34,285 bases of DNA, from positions 1 through 34,285 of the forward strand of contig JAJYPT010000002.1 of assembly GCA_021795135.1 (NCBI GenBank). Direction: 5' to 3'. The notes under the pieces are model-generated. The model worked only from the letters and a program-made list of their open reading frames with translations. It searched no databases and was not told where the DNA came from. The number at the start of each line of letters is the position of its first letter. Position 1 is the first letter of the stretch. A program made the translations under genes and the position numbers. This DNA is from Actinomycetes bacterium. GTDB taxonomy: Bacteria; Actinomycetota; Acidimicrobiia; Acidimicrobiales; JAJYPT01. This document shows positions 1-7,928 of this stretch, one piece after another.

Positions 1-63
1 TTAATAAAAATATTAATTAAGATAAATATAAATAACCTAATTAGCAGAGGCAGTATAAGCACA

Positions 64-585
64 ATGGCCATTCTTGACTTGAATTCTTTTTTAGACCCCA
101 AATTTGTTGAGGACCTTTCTAATTTATCTATGGAGGAAATAAGGTCACGTAGGTCATCTTGTTCTGAAGTCGAACTCTCCATTTCTTATATGCGCCGTTT
201 AGTGCAAGGGTATTTAGATATCGTATTATCAGAATTAGAAGCAAGGAAAAGTTCTACTAGGAGCGATATTGTAGATCGGCTTCCATCTATATTGGGAGAC
301 ACTTTAAGAGTAGGACCATCGGGACGCCCCCCCGGTGAGCTAGAGCCTAAAGATATTGATGATCTAACTACCAAAATTGAGATGACAATTGGGGTAGATA
401 GGCTTTCTAAATTGGATCAATTACCATCTGAAGATATAACTGAAATAGTAGAAAACTTAGTTGCTTTAGAAGAAGAACTATCCGCTTCTCGTATACGTTT
501 ACATAAATGTATAGATGTTTTTCAAAAAGAAATAATTCGCCGGTATAAATCTGGTGAAGAAAAAGCCGATAATTTGCTCAAATAG
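64..585 (+). CDS. RsiG-like anti-sigma factor candidate (helical protein with c-di-GMP-binding motifs)
   Basis: 173-aa ORF with an ATG start. ELSISYMRRLVQGYLD (aa 37-52) matches E-x3-S-x2-R-x3-Q-x3-D exactly. EEELSASRIRLHKCID (aa 136-151) matches with Q replaced by H. Composition looks helical and there are no TM segments. Confidence 0.5.
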   Translation: MAILDLNSFLDPKFVEDLSNLSMEEIRSRRSSCSEVELSISYMRRLVQGYLDIVLSELEARKSSTRSDIVDRLPSILGDTLRVGPSGRPPGELEPKDIDDLTTKIEMTIGVDRLSKLDQLPSEDITEIVENLVALEEELSASRIRLHKCIDVFQKEIIRRYKSGEEKADNLLK

Positions 586-676
586 GTGCCAAAAGAACTG
601 TTTCTTTCTATTTTTAAATGCTTTTTCAGCTCAAATTGCCACAACTGTCTATTCTAAAGGTAGGGTTGTTTAATCT

Positions 677-1918
677 ATGAGTTTAGCAATTCTATCCATG
701 CATACTTCTCCCTTTGCACAACTGGGCTTGGGTGATGGAGGAGGAATGAATGTTTATGTGAAAAAACTTTCTTCAGCATTAGCGCGAAGCGGTATAGAGT
801 GTGATGTATTTACTCGCGCTACTTCTTCGGATCAACCCTCAGAGATTGCAGTTGAACCAAACCTAAGGCTTCACAATATTAAAGCTGGTCCCCTTGAGCC
901 TGTTCCTAAAGCTAATTTAGATAAATTTTTGGATGATTTTACAAGTGAAGTTGCAAAAAAATTAACATCTGGTCGTTTTCCATGGAATAGCCCACTTGAT
1001 GCTATCCATGCCAATTATTGGCTTTCAGGAGTAGTTGGACATCGTTTGAAACATGAGTTGGAAGTACCTTTGATATCAACTTTTCATACTTTGGAAAAAG
1101 TAAAGGCTGAATTAGCCCAAGATCAAGATGAAAATACATTCCAAAGAGCTCGTGCTGAAGGAGAAGTAATAGCTTGTTCAGACGTAGTTTTAGCCTCTTG
1201 TTCTAGTGAAGCACGTCAATTAATTTCTATGTATTCAGCTCATCCTAATAGAATTCAAATACTTCCTCCTGGGGTAGAAAATAAGGTATTTTTTCCTACT
1301 GATAAAATTCATGCTAGATCCAGTTTAGGTATTGACCCGTTGGCAAAAGTATTGTTATTTGTAGGTAGAATTCAAGCCTTAAAAGGTCCTGATGTAGCTA
1401 TTGAGACTTTAGGACTCTTAGAGAACAAAGAAGCAATCTTAATTATTGTAGGAGGACCAAGTGGACCTTTTGGTCAAAGGGATTTTGATTATTGCAAAGA
1501 TTTAGTGCGTTCATTGGGTCTAGAAAAAAGAGTTAGATTCATTCCACCTCAGCCTCATGAAACTTTATCTAGTTATTATCGAGCAGCAGATATTTGCTTG
1601 GTACCAAGTCGTTCTGAGTCATTTGGACTAGTGGCTCTAGAAGCAGCAGCTTGTGGGACTCCAGTTGTAGCTGCTTCTGTAGGAGGTCTTACTAATTTAG
1701 TTGATTCTGGACATAGTGGATTTTTGGTTAATTCAAGAAATCCTGCTGAATATGCTTTTGCTTGTGATCAAATTCTAAACGACGCTAGATTATCTAGCCG
1801 CCTTTCTCAAAATGCTGTAGAACAAGCTAGTCATTACACTTGGTCAGGTGCAGCTTTTAAATTTAGAAAGGTTCTAAGGCTTGTACAAGAAGAAGAAATT
1901 TTAGTTGAATGTTGTTAG
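677..1918 (+). CDS. mshA: D-inositol-3-phosphate glycosyltransferase (mycothiol biosynthesis, GT4)
   Basis: The N-terminus LSMHTSPFAQLGLGDGGGMNVYV...DVFTRAT is the characteristic MshA motif. The C-terminal GT4 core is present (PSRSESFGLVALEAAACGTPVVA). Confidence 0.85.
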   Translation: MSLAILSMHTSPFAQLGLGDGGGMNVYVKKLSSALARSGIECDVFTRATSSDQPSEIAVEPNLRLHNIKAGPLEPVPKANLDKFLDDFTSEVAKKLTSGRFPWNSPLDAIHANYWLSGVVGHRLKHELEVPLISTFHTLEKVKAELAQDQDENTFQRARAEGEVIACSDVVLASCSSEARQLISMYSAHPNRIQILPPGVENKVFFPTDKIHARSSLGIDPLAKVLLFVGRIQALKGPDVAIETLGLLENKEAILIIVGGPSGPFGQRDFDYCKDLVRSLGLEKRVRFIPPQPHETLSSYYRAADICLVPSRSESFGLVALEAAACGTPVVAASVGGLTNLVDSGHSGFLVNSRNPAEYAFACDQILNDARLSSRLSQNAVEQASHYTWSGAAFKFRKVLRLVQEEEILVECC

Positions 1919-1928
1919 GAGTAAAATA

Positions 1929-2726
1929 ATGTATCCTAAAATAATGCTCTTTGGGGCTGGACATATGGGAACAGCTTTATTAGATGGAATTTTTACTGCA
2001 AGATTATTTACTCCTGATCAAGTAGTTGTTGTAGATAAACAAAAAACTGCATTAGAAAAGGTTCAAAACAAATACCCAAGTATCAAAGTTAGTCAAGAGC
2101 CTAAAGATTTTGCAGAAGCTGCAATTGTGGCAGTAAAGCCCCTTGAGGTTTCTTCGGTGTTTTTATCTATTAAAGAACTTAAAATTCCTAGGGTTGTTTC
2201 TATAGCAGCTGGGGTTTCTCTTAGTAAGCTTTTAAATTGGGTTGATCCATCTTCAACAGTGGTAATTCGTGCAATGCCTAACACTGCTGCACTAATTGGT
2301 CAAAGTGCTTCTGCAATTTCTTATATGTCAGGAACTGACGAATTAGATATTGTATGGGCAGAAGAAATTTTATCTAAGGTAGGAACTGTCATTAGAGTTC
2401 CTGAATATCTTTTAGATGCAGTTACTGCTCTATCGGGATCTGGGCCGGCTTATTTTTTTCTTGTTGTAGAGGCATTAATAGAAGCTGGAGTCTTGGTGGG
2501 ACTACCAAGAGAAGTTTCAGAACAGCTTACAAGACAAACTTTTTTAGGTGCAGCAGAACTATTTAATACTTCAAATCACTCTGTTCAAGAGTTACGACAC
2601 GGAGTTACTTCTCCTGGTGGAACTACTGCAGCAGCTCTGAAGGTTTTAGAATCAAATGGTCTAAGAGGCGCTTTTTTTGAAGCTATTGAAGCAGCTACCC
2701 AGCGTTCAATTGAATTGAGAGATTGA
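1929..2726 (+). CDS. proC: pyrroline-5-carboxylate reductase
   Basis: Rossmann motif FGAGHMGTAL and the P5CR signature VTSPGGTTAAAL are present. I prefer the ATG at 1929 (AGGAG at 1916-1920, 8-nt spacer) over the track start at 1905, which overlaps mshA. Confidence 0.85.
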   Translation: MYPKIMLFGAGHMGTALLDGIFTARLFTPDQVVVVDKQKTALEKVQNKYPSIKVSQEPKDFAEAAIVAVKPLEVSSVFLSIKELKIPRVVSIAAGVSLSKLLNWVDPSSTVVIRAMPNTAALIGQSASAISYMSGTDELDIVWAEEILSKVGTVIRVPEYLLDAVTALSGSGPAYFFLVVEALIEAGVLVGLPREVSEQLTRQTFLGAAELFNTSNHSVQELRHGVTSPGGTTAAALKVLESNGLRGAFFEAIEAATQRSIELRD

Positions 2727-2770
2727 ACTAAGGCAATTGCATAATATAGAGAAAAGTAGATGGAATTAAA

Positions 2771-3271
2771 GTGTCATTAGAATTAGATAAAGTTGATCTT
2801 AAAATAATATCAATACTCATAGATAATGCTCGTATTCCTTTGCAAGAATTAGCTGACAAAGTGGGTTTTTCACGAGTAACTGTAAGTGAAAGAGTAAAAA
2901 AATTACGCGAAAAGGGAGTGATTGAGAAATATCAAAGCGTGATTGACTCTGATATGCTTGGATACTCAGTGCTTGCCTGGGTTGGGCTTTCGACTGTTCA
3001 AGGAAAAGAATCTTATCGTACGCTAGAAGATCTCAAACAAATTCTAGAAATTGAGTCAGCTTATGTAGTTACGGGTCAATTCGATATTTTAGTTAAAATT
3101 AGAGCTAAAAATAACGCTCATTTGCAACAGATTTTATTTGAACAAGTAGACCAAGTATATGGATTCAAAAAATCAGAAACTATGGTTGTTCTTTCTGCTG
3201 CAGTTGAAAAAAATGGTCTTGATAGCCGCCTTGTGGATTCATTAGCAAAAGAGGCTTCTTCTGTTTTGTAA
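2771..3271 (+). CDS. Lrp/AsnC-family transcriptional regulator
   Basis: The N-terminal HTH region LDKVDLKIISILIDNARIPLQELADKVGFSRVTVSERVKKLREKGVI is typical, followed by an AsnC-type ligand domain (AYVVTGQFDILVKIRA). GTG start. Confidence 0.85.
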   Translation: MSLELDKVDLKIISILIDNARIPLQELADKVGFSRVTVSERVKKLREKGVIEKYQSVIDSDMLGYSVLAWVGLSTVQGKESYRTLEDLKQILEIESAYVVTGQFDILVKIRAKNNAHLQQILFEQVDQVYGFKKSETMVVLSAAVEKNGLDSRLVDSLAKEASSVL

Positions 3272-3303
3272 GTGAAATCAAACAAATCAAAAGAAGCCTC
3301 TTT
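3248..3303. terminator. Candidate bidirectional terminator hairpin between convergent lrp-like and permease genes
   Basis: Perfect 13-bp inverted repeat: AAAGAGGCTTCTT (3248-3260) and AAGAAGCCTCTTT (3291-3303), with a 30-nt loop. The left arm lies in the last codons of the Lrp gene. The loop is long and the T-tract is weak. Confidence 0.4.
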
Positions 3304-3314
3304 GTAATCTATAT

Positions 3315-4796
3315 TTATTCCTGAATAAAAGGAGGTTCTATTGTGGGAGGGTCAATCATGGGAGAATCTGCCATTATTCCTATTGTATCTTGAGTAAGGC
3401 TAGACTCTAAGTTGGTATTTGTAAGCAATAATGTATCTTTATTGGTCTTGCGATTTGAATATAAATACCAACTGTAACCTCCTGCCATATATACCAAGAA
3501 AAGATAGGGTAAAAGATTATAAGGAGCAGAAGGAACAGGGTAGACACTACCAACTAATGGAATCAGTAAAAATATTATAGACAGAGAACTATTTATAATA
3601 TTTTTGGCTTTTAGCTCGTTGATGCTTTTCAAAAATAAAGGTGCTGCAATAGAGATCATTATATAGGCAAAGATGAATCCATAAGTAGCATAAGTGCCAA
3701 AGTACCCATAAGCATTTAGGGCTTGAGTATTTGAAAGGAGCAAAGTTGCTACTAATACGATCCCTGATGTTATATTGACAGCTATATGCGGAGTCTTATT
3801 GACACTATGAGATATGCCAATATTATTGTGAAAGTGTTGATCTTGACTCATTGAAAAAAGAATTCTTGAACCTGCATTGACAGATGCTAGAGTGCAAGAG
3901 AAAAGACTTATCGTGGCACCAAAGTCAGTCAATAGTCCAAACCAAGGAACGTTATAAGCAGTCGCCATTTGATTGAGTGGTGAAGAACTTTTCTCTAGTG
4001 CTGAGAGTCCTCCTGGGAAACCCATTACTTCTATATAAGATAATGAGATAAAGAAGATACCGGCTACCATTAGGCTAATTCGTACAGCTCTTGGAATAGT
4101 TCTATGAGGGTTTTTGGATTCTCTTCCCAAAGTGGCAGAGCTTTCAAAGCCAACATAAGAAAAAACTGTAAGTACCATTCCAAGGGCTAGTCCCGAAAAA
4201 GATACATTTTTGAGAGCGATTTGATTAGTATCTAAATGAATTCCATGAGCAAAAAATACAACTAACCCTAGTATTACTATTAAACCCACAGAACCAAATT
4301 CCATTATCAGGGCTATTTTTGCTGATAAGCGGATATCTTTATAAGCTAAATACCATACAAGAGATATACCAATGATGAGCCATAATACTTCTGGAATATG
4401 TATACCAATGCTTGTTGCTAATAATTGAGCAAATATGCTAAATCCTACTAATACTGCCATGGCGGTTCCTAAATAGGCAGCCATCATTGCCCAACCTGTC
4501 CCAAATCCCCAAAAAGAGCCTAATCCTTCTTTTACATAAGTATATAGAGCTCCTGGAGTAGCTACTCTTTTGGCAAAAACAGTGATATTTTTGCCAACTA
4601 TAGATAATCCAATCATAGAGACTAAGTAAACAAGCCAAGTCCCATCACCAGCACTAGCTGCAACTAAAGGTATAGAAAGTGCTGGTGTAAGTGTAGGGGC
4701 GATATTGGCAAATGACTGAGCTATGGTTTCAGAAAAAGAAAGATAGTTACTTTTTAATTGATGTTTGATAGGTAGTTCTGCTTCTGTTTTTTCCAT
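3315..4796 (-). CDS. APC-superfamily amino acid/amine permease
   Basis: Roughly 12 hydrophobic segments with typical APC N-terminal motifs (SFANIAPTLTPAL..., GALYTYVKEGLG). I prefer the ATG at 4796 (MEKTEAEL, AAGGA upstream). This avoids the overlap with the amine oxidase stop at 4834 that the track start at 4877 creates. It lies 37 nt downstream of the amine oxidase on the same strand. Confidence 0.8.
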   Translation of the reverse strand: MEKTEAELPIKHQLKSNYLSFSETIAQSFANIAPTLTPALSIPLVAASAGDGTWLVYLVSMIGLSIVGKNITVFAKRVATPGALYTYVKEGLGSFWGFGTGWAMMAAYLGTAMAVLVGFSIFAQLLATSIGIHIPEVLWLIIGISLVWYLAYKDIRLSAKIALIMEFGSVGLIVILGLVVFFAHGIHLDTNQIALKNVSFSGLALGMVLTVFSYVGFESSATLGRESKNPHRTIPRAVRISLMVAGIFFISLSYIEVMGFPGGLSALEKSSSPLNQMATAYNVPWFGLLTDFGATISLFSCTLASVNAGSRILFSMSQDQHFHNNIGISHSVNKTPHIAVNITSGIVLVATLLLSNTQALNAYGYFGTYATYGFIFAYIMISIAAPLFLKSINELKAKNIINSSLSIIFLLIPLVGSVYPVPSAPYNLLPYLFLVYMAGGYSWYLYSNRKTNKDTLLLTNTNLESSLTQDTIGIMADSPMIDPPTIEPPFIQE

Positions 4797-4833
4797 TGGA
4801 GTTTTCCTTTGAGTCAAATAATTTATATTAGAG

Positions 4834-6774
4834 CTATGCTTTGCAAGATCCATGCAAAGGAGAAGTAGGTGGAACATCTAAAGAAGGATTCTGAGAGAAA
4901 AATCCTGAGGGTTTTAACATAAAACCTATGTAAGCAGCTGGCATTACAGGCCAATCTTCTGGGCGAACAACATGGTGATGACCCATGGTGTACCAAACAA
5001 CTAAATCTTCATTTTCTATATTACGATTGGAAGAAGTCCATTTGGGAAGGCCATCTCCTCCTAGATTTTGGTTAGGATAGTCTCCAGCTGCATACATTTC
5101 TGTGGGTGAATAAGGTGTAACCCAAAGATGTTTTGTTATAAATCCAGCTCTTTTTATCAAGCTAGATTCTTTATCAGCAAAAGGAATGGCATTTTCCATT
5201 GGCATTAATTTGTAGCTAACAGGGTCTCCAACTGCATTTTTGACAGAAGGGTTTATAATCTTCCAATACCTTGCTGAAAATGGATCTATAAGTTGCTGAG
5301 CCTCTAGTTCTGTTTTTAATACTGTTGTCTTGGCAAAGAAGCCATTGCCAAGTGGATTTGTCTCTCCTGGGGGTTCTGCTTCGGTATGTACCTCTGTTAC
5401 TGTATTTTTCATGCCGTCAACTTGCATATCAAGACGAAGGTTGAAAAAATGTTGATGTATAGGAGCAGCCAAGTCTTCTTTAAGCAAGGAGGCATATTTA
5501 GGACGATCCCCAGCTTTGATAGCAGCTGTATTTACGATTCCGGTAAGTTTTACTTGAAATTCAATCGTTCCATCTAAATATAGATACCAAAAAAATCCAT
5601 ATTCATAATTAGCTACTGTGGATATGGAAGAAATTACCAAACGTCGAGAACGACGTACTTCAGCCTTATTGGTTCGCCAATCTGTATGTTTCCATAATGT
5701 ACCAAAGTCTTCTTCATGAAGACATATAGCATTTTTTATAGTTGCTACATTTCCACGAGAAGTAATTAAATTAACATCAAAGTAACGAATCACTCCCAAA
5801 CAATCACAACCCAATTCAAGAGAATTAGCCAGCATCCCAATACCGTATTCTCCTGCATCAAAAGCATTTTGGCGGTTATGGTTAGGGCCAGGATCTCCAT
5901 AGGGAACTACCATTTCAGAAAGAGAAGCTCTGTAAAGAATGGGTCGTTCTTGGCCTTGGTCATCATAGGTTAAAGTATGAAGAACGAGACCTTCTCGAGA
6001 GGTAAAGCCTATTCTGAACTTCCATTTTTGCCAACTAACTTCCCAGCCGTTTACTTCAAAGCTAGGACCTTCTGGCTGTATTACTTGTAGTGGCTTCAAA
6101 TCGTTTCTAAGTTCGGTTTCGATTTGGTCTGCTCCATAGTTACCTGAGTCTTTTGGTAGAGGAATAACTCCATAATCTTCAACACGAAGGACCTGCATGG
6201 TATTGAGATCCACTACTGCTATTAGACCCTCTAATGGTCGGGCATATCCATTATCATCCGGGTCACTACGAACCCAGCTAAGAGCGCGAACTAATCGAGT
6301 ATTTTTTTCTTCCGCAGTACCAAAATTACCTGCTGACCAAGCATCTACCATAACAAGATCCATATTGGTTACCCCTCGCAGTGCTACTGCTTTTTGGAAC
6401 TCACTACTTGCTTTTACAGCTTCTTCACACTCGGAAAATTCATCTAATAAAATATTGGGCTGAACTCCACTCAGAATAAGTCTGTCTAGGACTATTTCTT
6501 GTGAAAGAGATATTTTCCATTCTTCTGTTTGGGTTGTTTTATTGTTTAGAAGAATAATTTTTGCAATTCGATCGATTTCTATTGTTGGGGTGAAGCTTAG
6601 AATTTTTTCTTTTGGTGGCTCAAGCAACTCAACGCTTACAAAACGATAACTAGTGTTGTCTTCTAAATTCTGACTTACCAGACTTACTGCTTTTGATACC
6701 TCTTCTTTGCTCAAGGGATCGAGGGGATTAATTTCTTTAGACGTATTTATAGTTATCAATTGGGTCATTTGCAT
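4834..6774 (-). CDS. copper-containing primary-amine oxidase (topaquinone enzyme)
   Basis: TPQ consensus TVANYEYGFFWYLYLDGTIEF (precursor Tyr codon at 5605-5607). Cu ligands are in HQHFF and in MGHHHVVRPEDWPVMP. The catalytic-base region is NAFDAGEYGIG. No signal peptide is apparent. Confidence 0.9.
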   Translation of the reverse strand: MQMTQLITINTSKEINPLDPLSKEEVSKAVSLVSQNLEDNTSYRFVSVELLEPPKEKILSFTPTIEIDRIAKIILLNNKTTQTEEWKISLSQEIVLDRLILSGVQPNILLDEFSECEEAVKASSEFQKAVALRGVTNMDLVMVDAWSAGNFGTAEEKNTRLVRALSWVRSDPDDNGYARPLEGLIAVVDLNTMQVLRVEDYGVIPLPKDSGNYGADQIETELRNDLKPLQVIQPEGPSFEVNGWEVSWQKWKFRIGFTSREGLVLHTLTYDDQGQERPILYRASLSEMVVPYGDPGPNHNRQNAFDAGEYGIGMLANSLELGCDCLGVIRYFDVNLITSRGNVATIKNAICLHEEDFGTLWKHTDWRTNKAEVRRSRRLVISSISTVANYEYGFFWYLYLDGTIEFQVKLTGIVNTAAIKAGDRPKYASLLKEDLAAPIHQHFFNLRLDMQVDGMKNTVTEVHTEAEPPGETNPLGNGFFAKTTVLKTELEAQQLIDPFSARYWKIINPSVKNAVGDPVSYKLMPMENAIPFADKESSLIKRAGFITKHLWVTPYSPTEMYAAGDYPNQNLGGDGLPKWTSSNRNIENEDLVVWYTMGHHHVVRPEDWPVMPAAYIGFMLKPSGFFSQNPSLDVPPTSPLHGSCKA

Positions 6775-6795
6775 TCCTTTTTATTCAAGATGTAA

Positions 6796-6823
6796 GTATA
6801 TGTAACATTTTTTTAACATATAC
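6796..6823. promoter_or_regulatory. Inverted repeat in the divergent amine-oxidase / membrane-protein intergenic region
   Basis: GTATATGT (6796-6803) and ACATATAC (6816-6823) are separated by 12 nt. The repeat lies in a 179-bp AT-rich divergent promoter region. Nearby are a tandem TGTAAAG x2 (6879-6892) and the palindrome AACTAAATAGTT. Confidence 0.3.
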
Positions 6824-6953
6824 GTAACTATTTATTATTATTTCTTTCTATTTATAAACTAAATAGTTGGTTTAAACTGTAAAGTGTAAAGATTGAAATG
6901 TCAATAATGATTAAATCGTTTTTGTATTCGCCTCAAGAATTAGAGGGATTAAA

Positions 6954-7589
6954 ATGAACCCAACATTATTACTTGTATTGTTGTTAGGACTAAGACATGG
7001 AATATCAACAGAGAATGTAACTGTATTGAATAGTTTTATTCAATCGACTCGGGCTCGAATGCGAGTATCTTTACGTTATGCTCTCAATCTTGGAACTGGG
7101 CATGCTTTAGGGATGGCCTTAGTTGGCATAATTGTTATAAAAATAACTCCTCATGAGTTTTCTCCTTGGAGTCTTTGGGTTGACAGGATAAGTTCTCTTT
7201 GGATATTGAGTAGTTCTACTTTTATGCTTTTAGATTCTTGGGGATGTAAAACTGTTAATTTGACCAAGTTTAAAAGTAGTTTAAGATCTAGATCTTCTTC
7301 TTGGGTTATAGGAGCAGTTTTGGGGTTGTCTTTGGGAAGCGGAGATATTTTATTCTTTGTCCTATTAGGCGCTCACTCATTAAATCCCACTCAAGACATG
7401 CTATTTTTCTTTCTATTTTTTACTTCCATGTTGGTTGGAGTAGGAGTTATTGCTGTGGGATTTTCAGCACTACATAAGCCTCGTACTTATGATTCAAATA
7501 TCGCAATGAAAATAAGCTTATGGGTAAGTCGCTTATCAGCATTAGCAAGTGTTGTGATATCGGTTCTTTTGTTGTTAGAAGCCTTTTAG
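6954..7589 (+). CDS. small integral membrane protein, NiCoT (NicO)-like with a degenerate metal-binding signature
   Basis: 211 aa with about 6 TM segments and a strong RBS (GAGGGA, 5 nt upstream). LLLGLRHGISTENVTVLNS parallels the NiCoT signature LGxRHAxDADHIAAIDN, with the D/H ligands replaced. A second motif-like segment is LGLSLGSGDIL. Confidence 0.4.
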   Translation: MNPTLLLVLLLGLRHGISTENVTVLNSFIQSTRARMRVSLRYALNLGTGHALGMALVGIIVIKITPHEFSPWSLWVDRISSLWILSSSTFMLLDSWGCKTVNLTKFKSSLRSRSSSWVIGAVLGLSLGSGDILFFVLLGAHSLNPTQDMLFFFLFFTSMLVGVGVIAVGFSALHKPRTYDSNIAMKISLWVSRLSALASVVISVLLLLEAF

Positions 7590-7714
7590 TAATCAAATCA
7601 ATATTGGAACAATTCTTTTAAATATTTCAAAAAACTAAGAAGATGTTTTAGGGGGTCTTTCCTAAAGGCTTTAAAAAGCGTAGAGTTTTGGAAGGCGGAT
7701 AGGGGTGATGCAAC

Positions 7715-7912
7715 TTGGAACGATCTGAACAAACAACGACCCATTTTTTAGTTGTAAATGAGGTAGCAAAAATGATGCGCGTTTCTAATATGACTATATA
7801 TCGTTTGATTAATACCGGAGAACTACCTGCTACTAGGGTGGGTAAATCCTACAGGATTGATAAAAATGATGTGGATAACTATTTAGCTAAAGGTTATAAC
7901 CAAGCAGGATAA
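7715..7912 (+). CDS. small excisionase-family (MerR-like HTH_17) DNA-binding protein, BldC-like
   Basis: 65 aa. VNEVAKMMRVSNMTIYRLINTGELPATRVGKSYRIDKNDVDNYL is the typical excisionase-type winged HTH. TTG start with a G-rich RBS region upstream. Confidence 0.75.
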   Translation: MERSEQTTTHFLVVNEVAKMMRVSNMTIYRLINTGELPATRVGKSYRIDKNDVDNYLAKGYNQAG

Positions 7913-7928
7913 TAGATACCATACTTAT

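Noticed and set aside
4797-4877. 27-codon N-terminal extension of the permease ORF that overlaps the 3' end of the amine oxidase gene.
   Set aside because: The internal ATG at 4796 has an AAGGA-type RBS and removes the 44-nt overlap. The extension (MFHLLLLCMDLAKHSSNINYLTQRKTP) has no features of an APC N-terminus.
6898-6957. 19-codon upstream ORF (MSIMIKSFLYSPQELEGLK) whose TGA overlaps the ATG of the NiCoT-like gene in an ATGA arrangement.
   Set aside because: It has no convincing RBS of its own, while the main ORF has a strong independent GAGGGA RBS. It is too short to evaluate and is plausibly chance. It would merit attention only if conserved in relatives.
2727-7714. Possibility that the amine-oxidase cassette is a mobile or genomic island, with flanking direct repeats or integrase.
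   Set aside because: There is no integrase, transposase, tRNA or att-like long direct repeat. Only a trivial shared 7-mer (AACTAAG) occurs at both borders. Base composition looks similar to the flanks by eye. The cassette is accessory-looking by synteny argument only.
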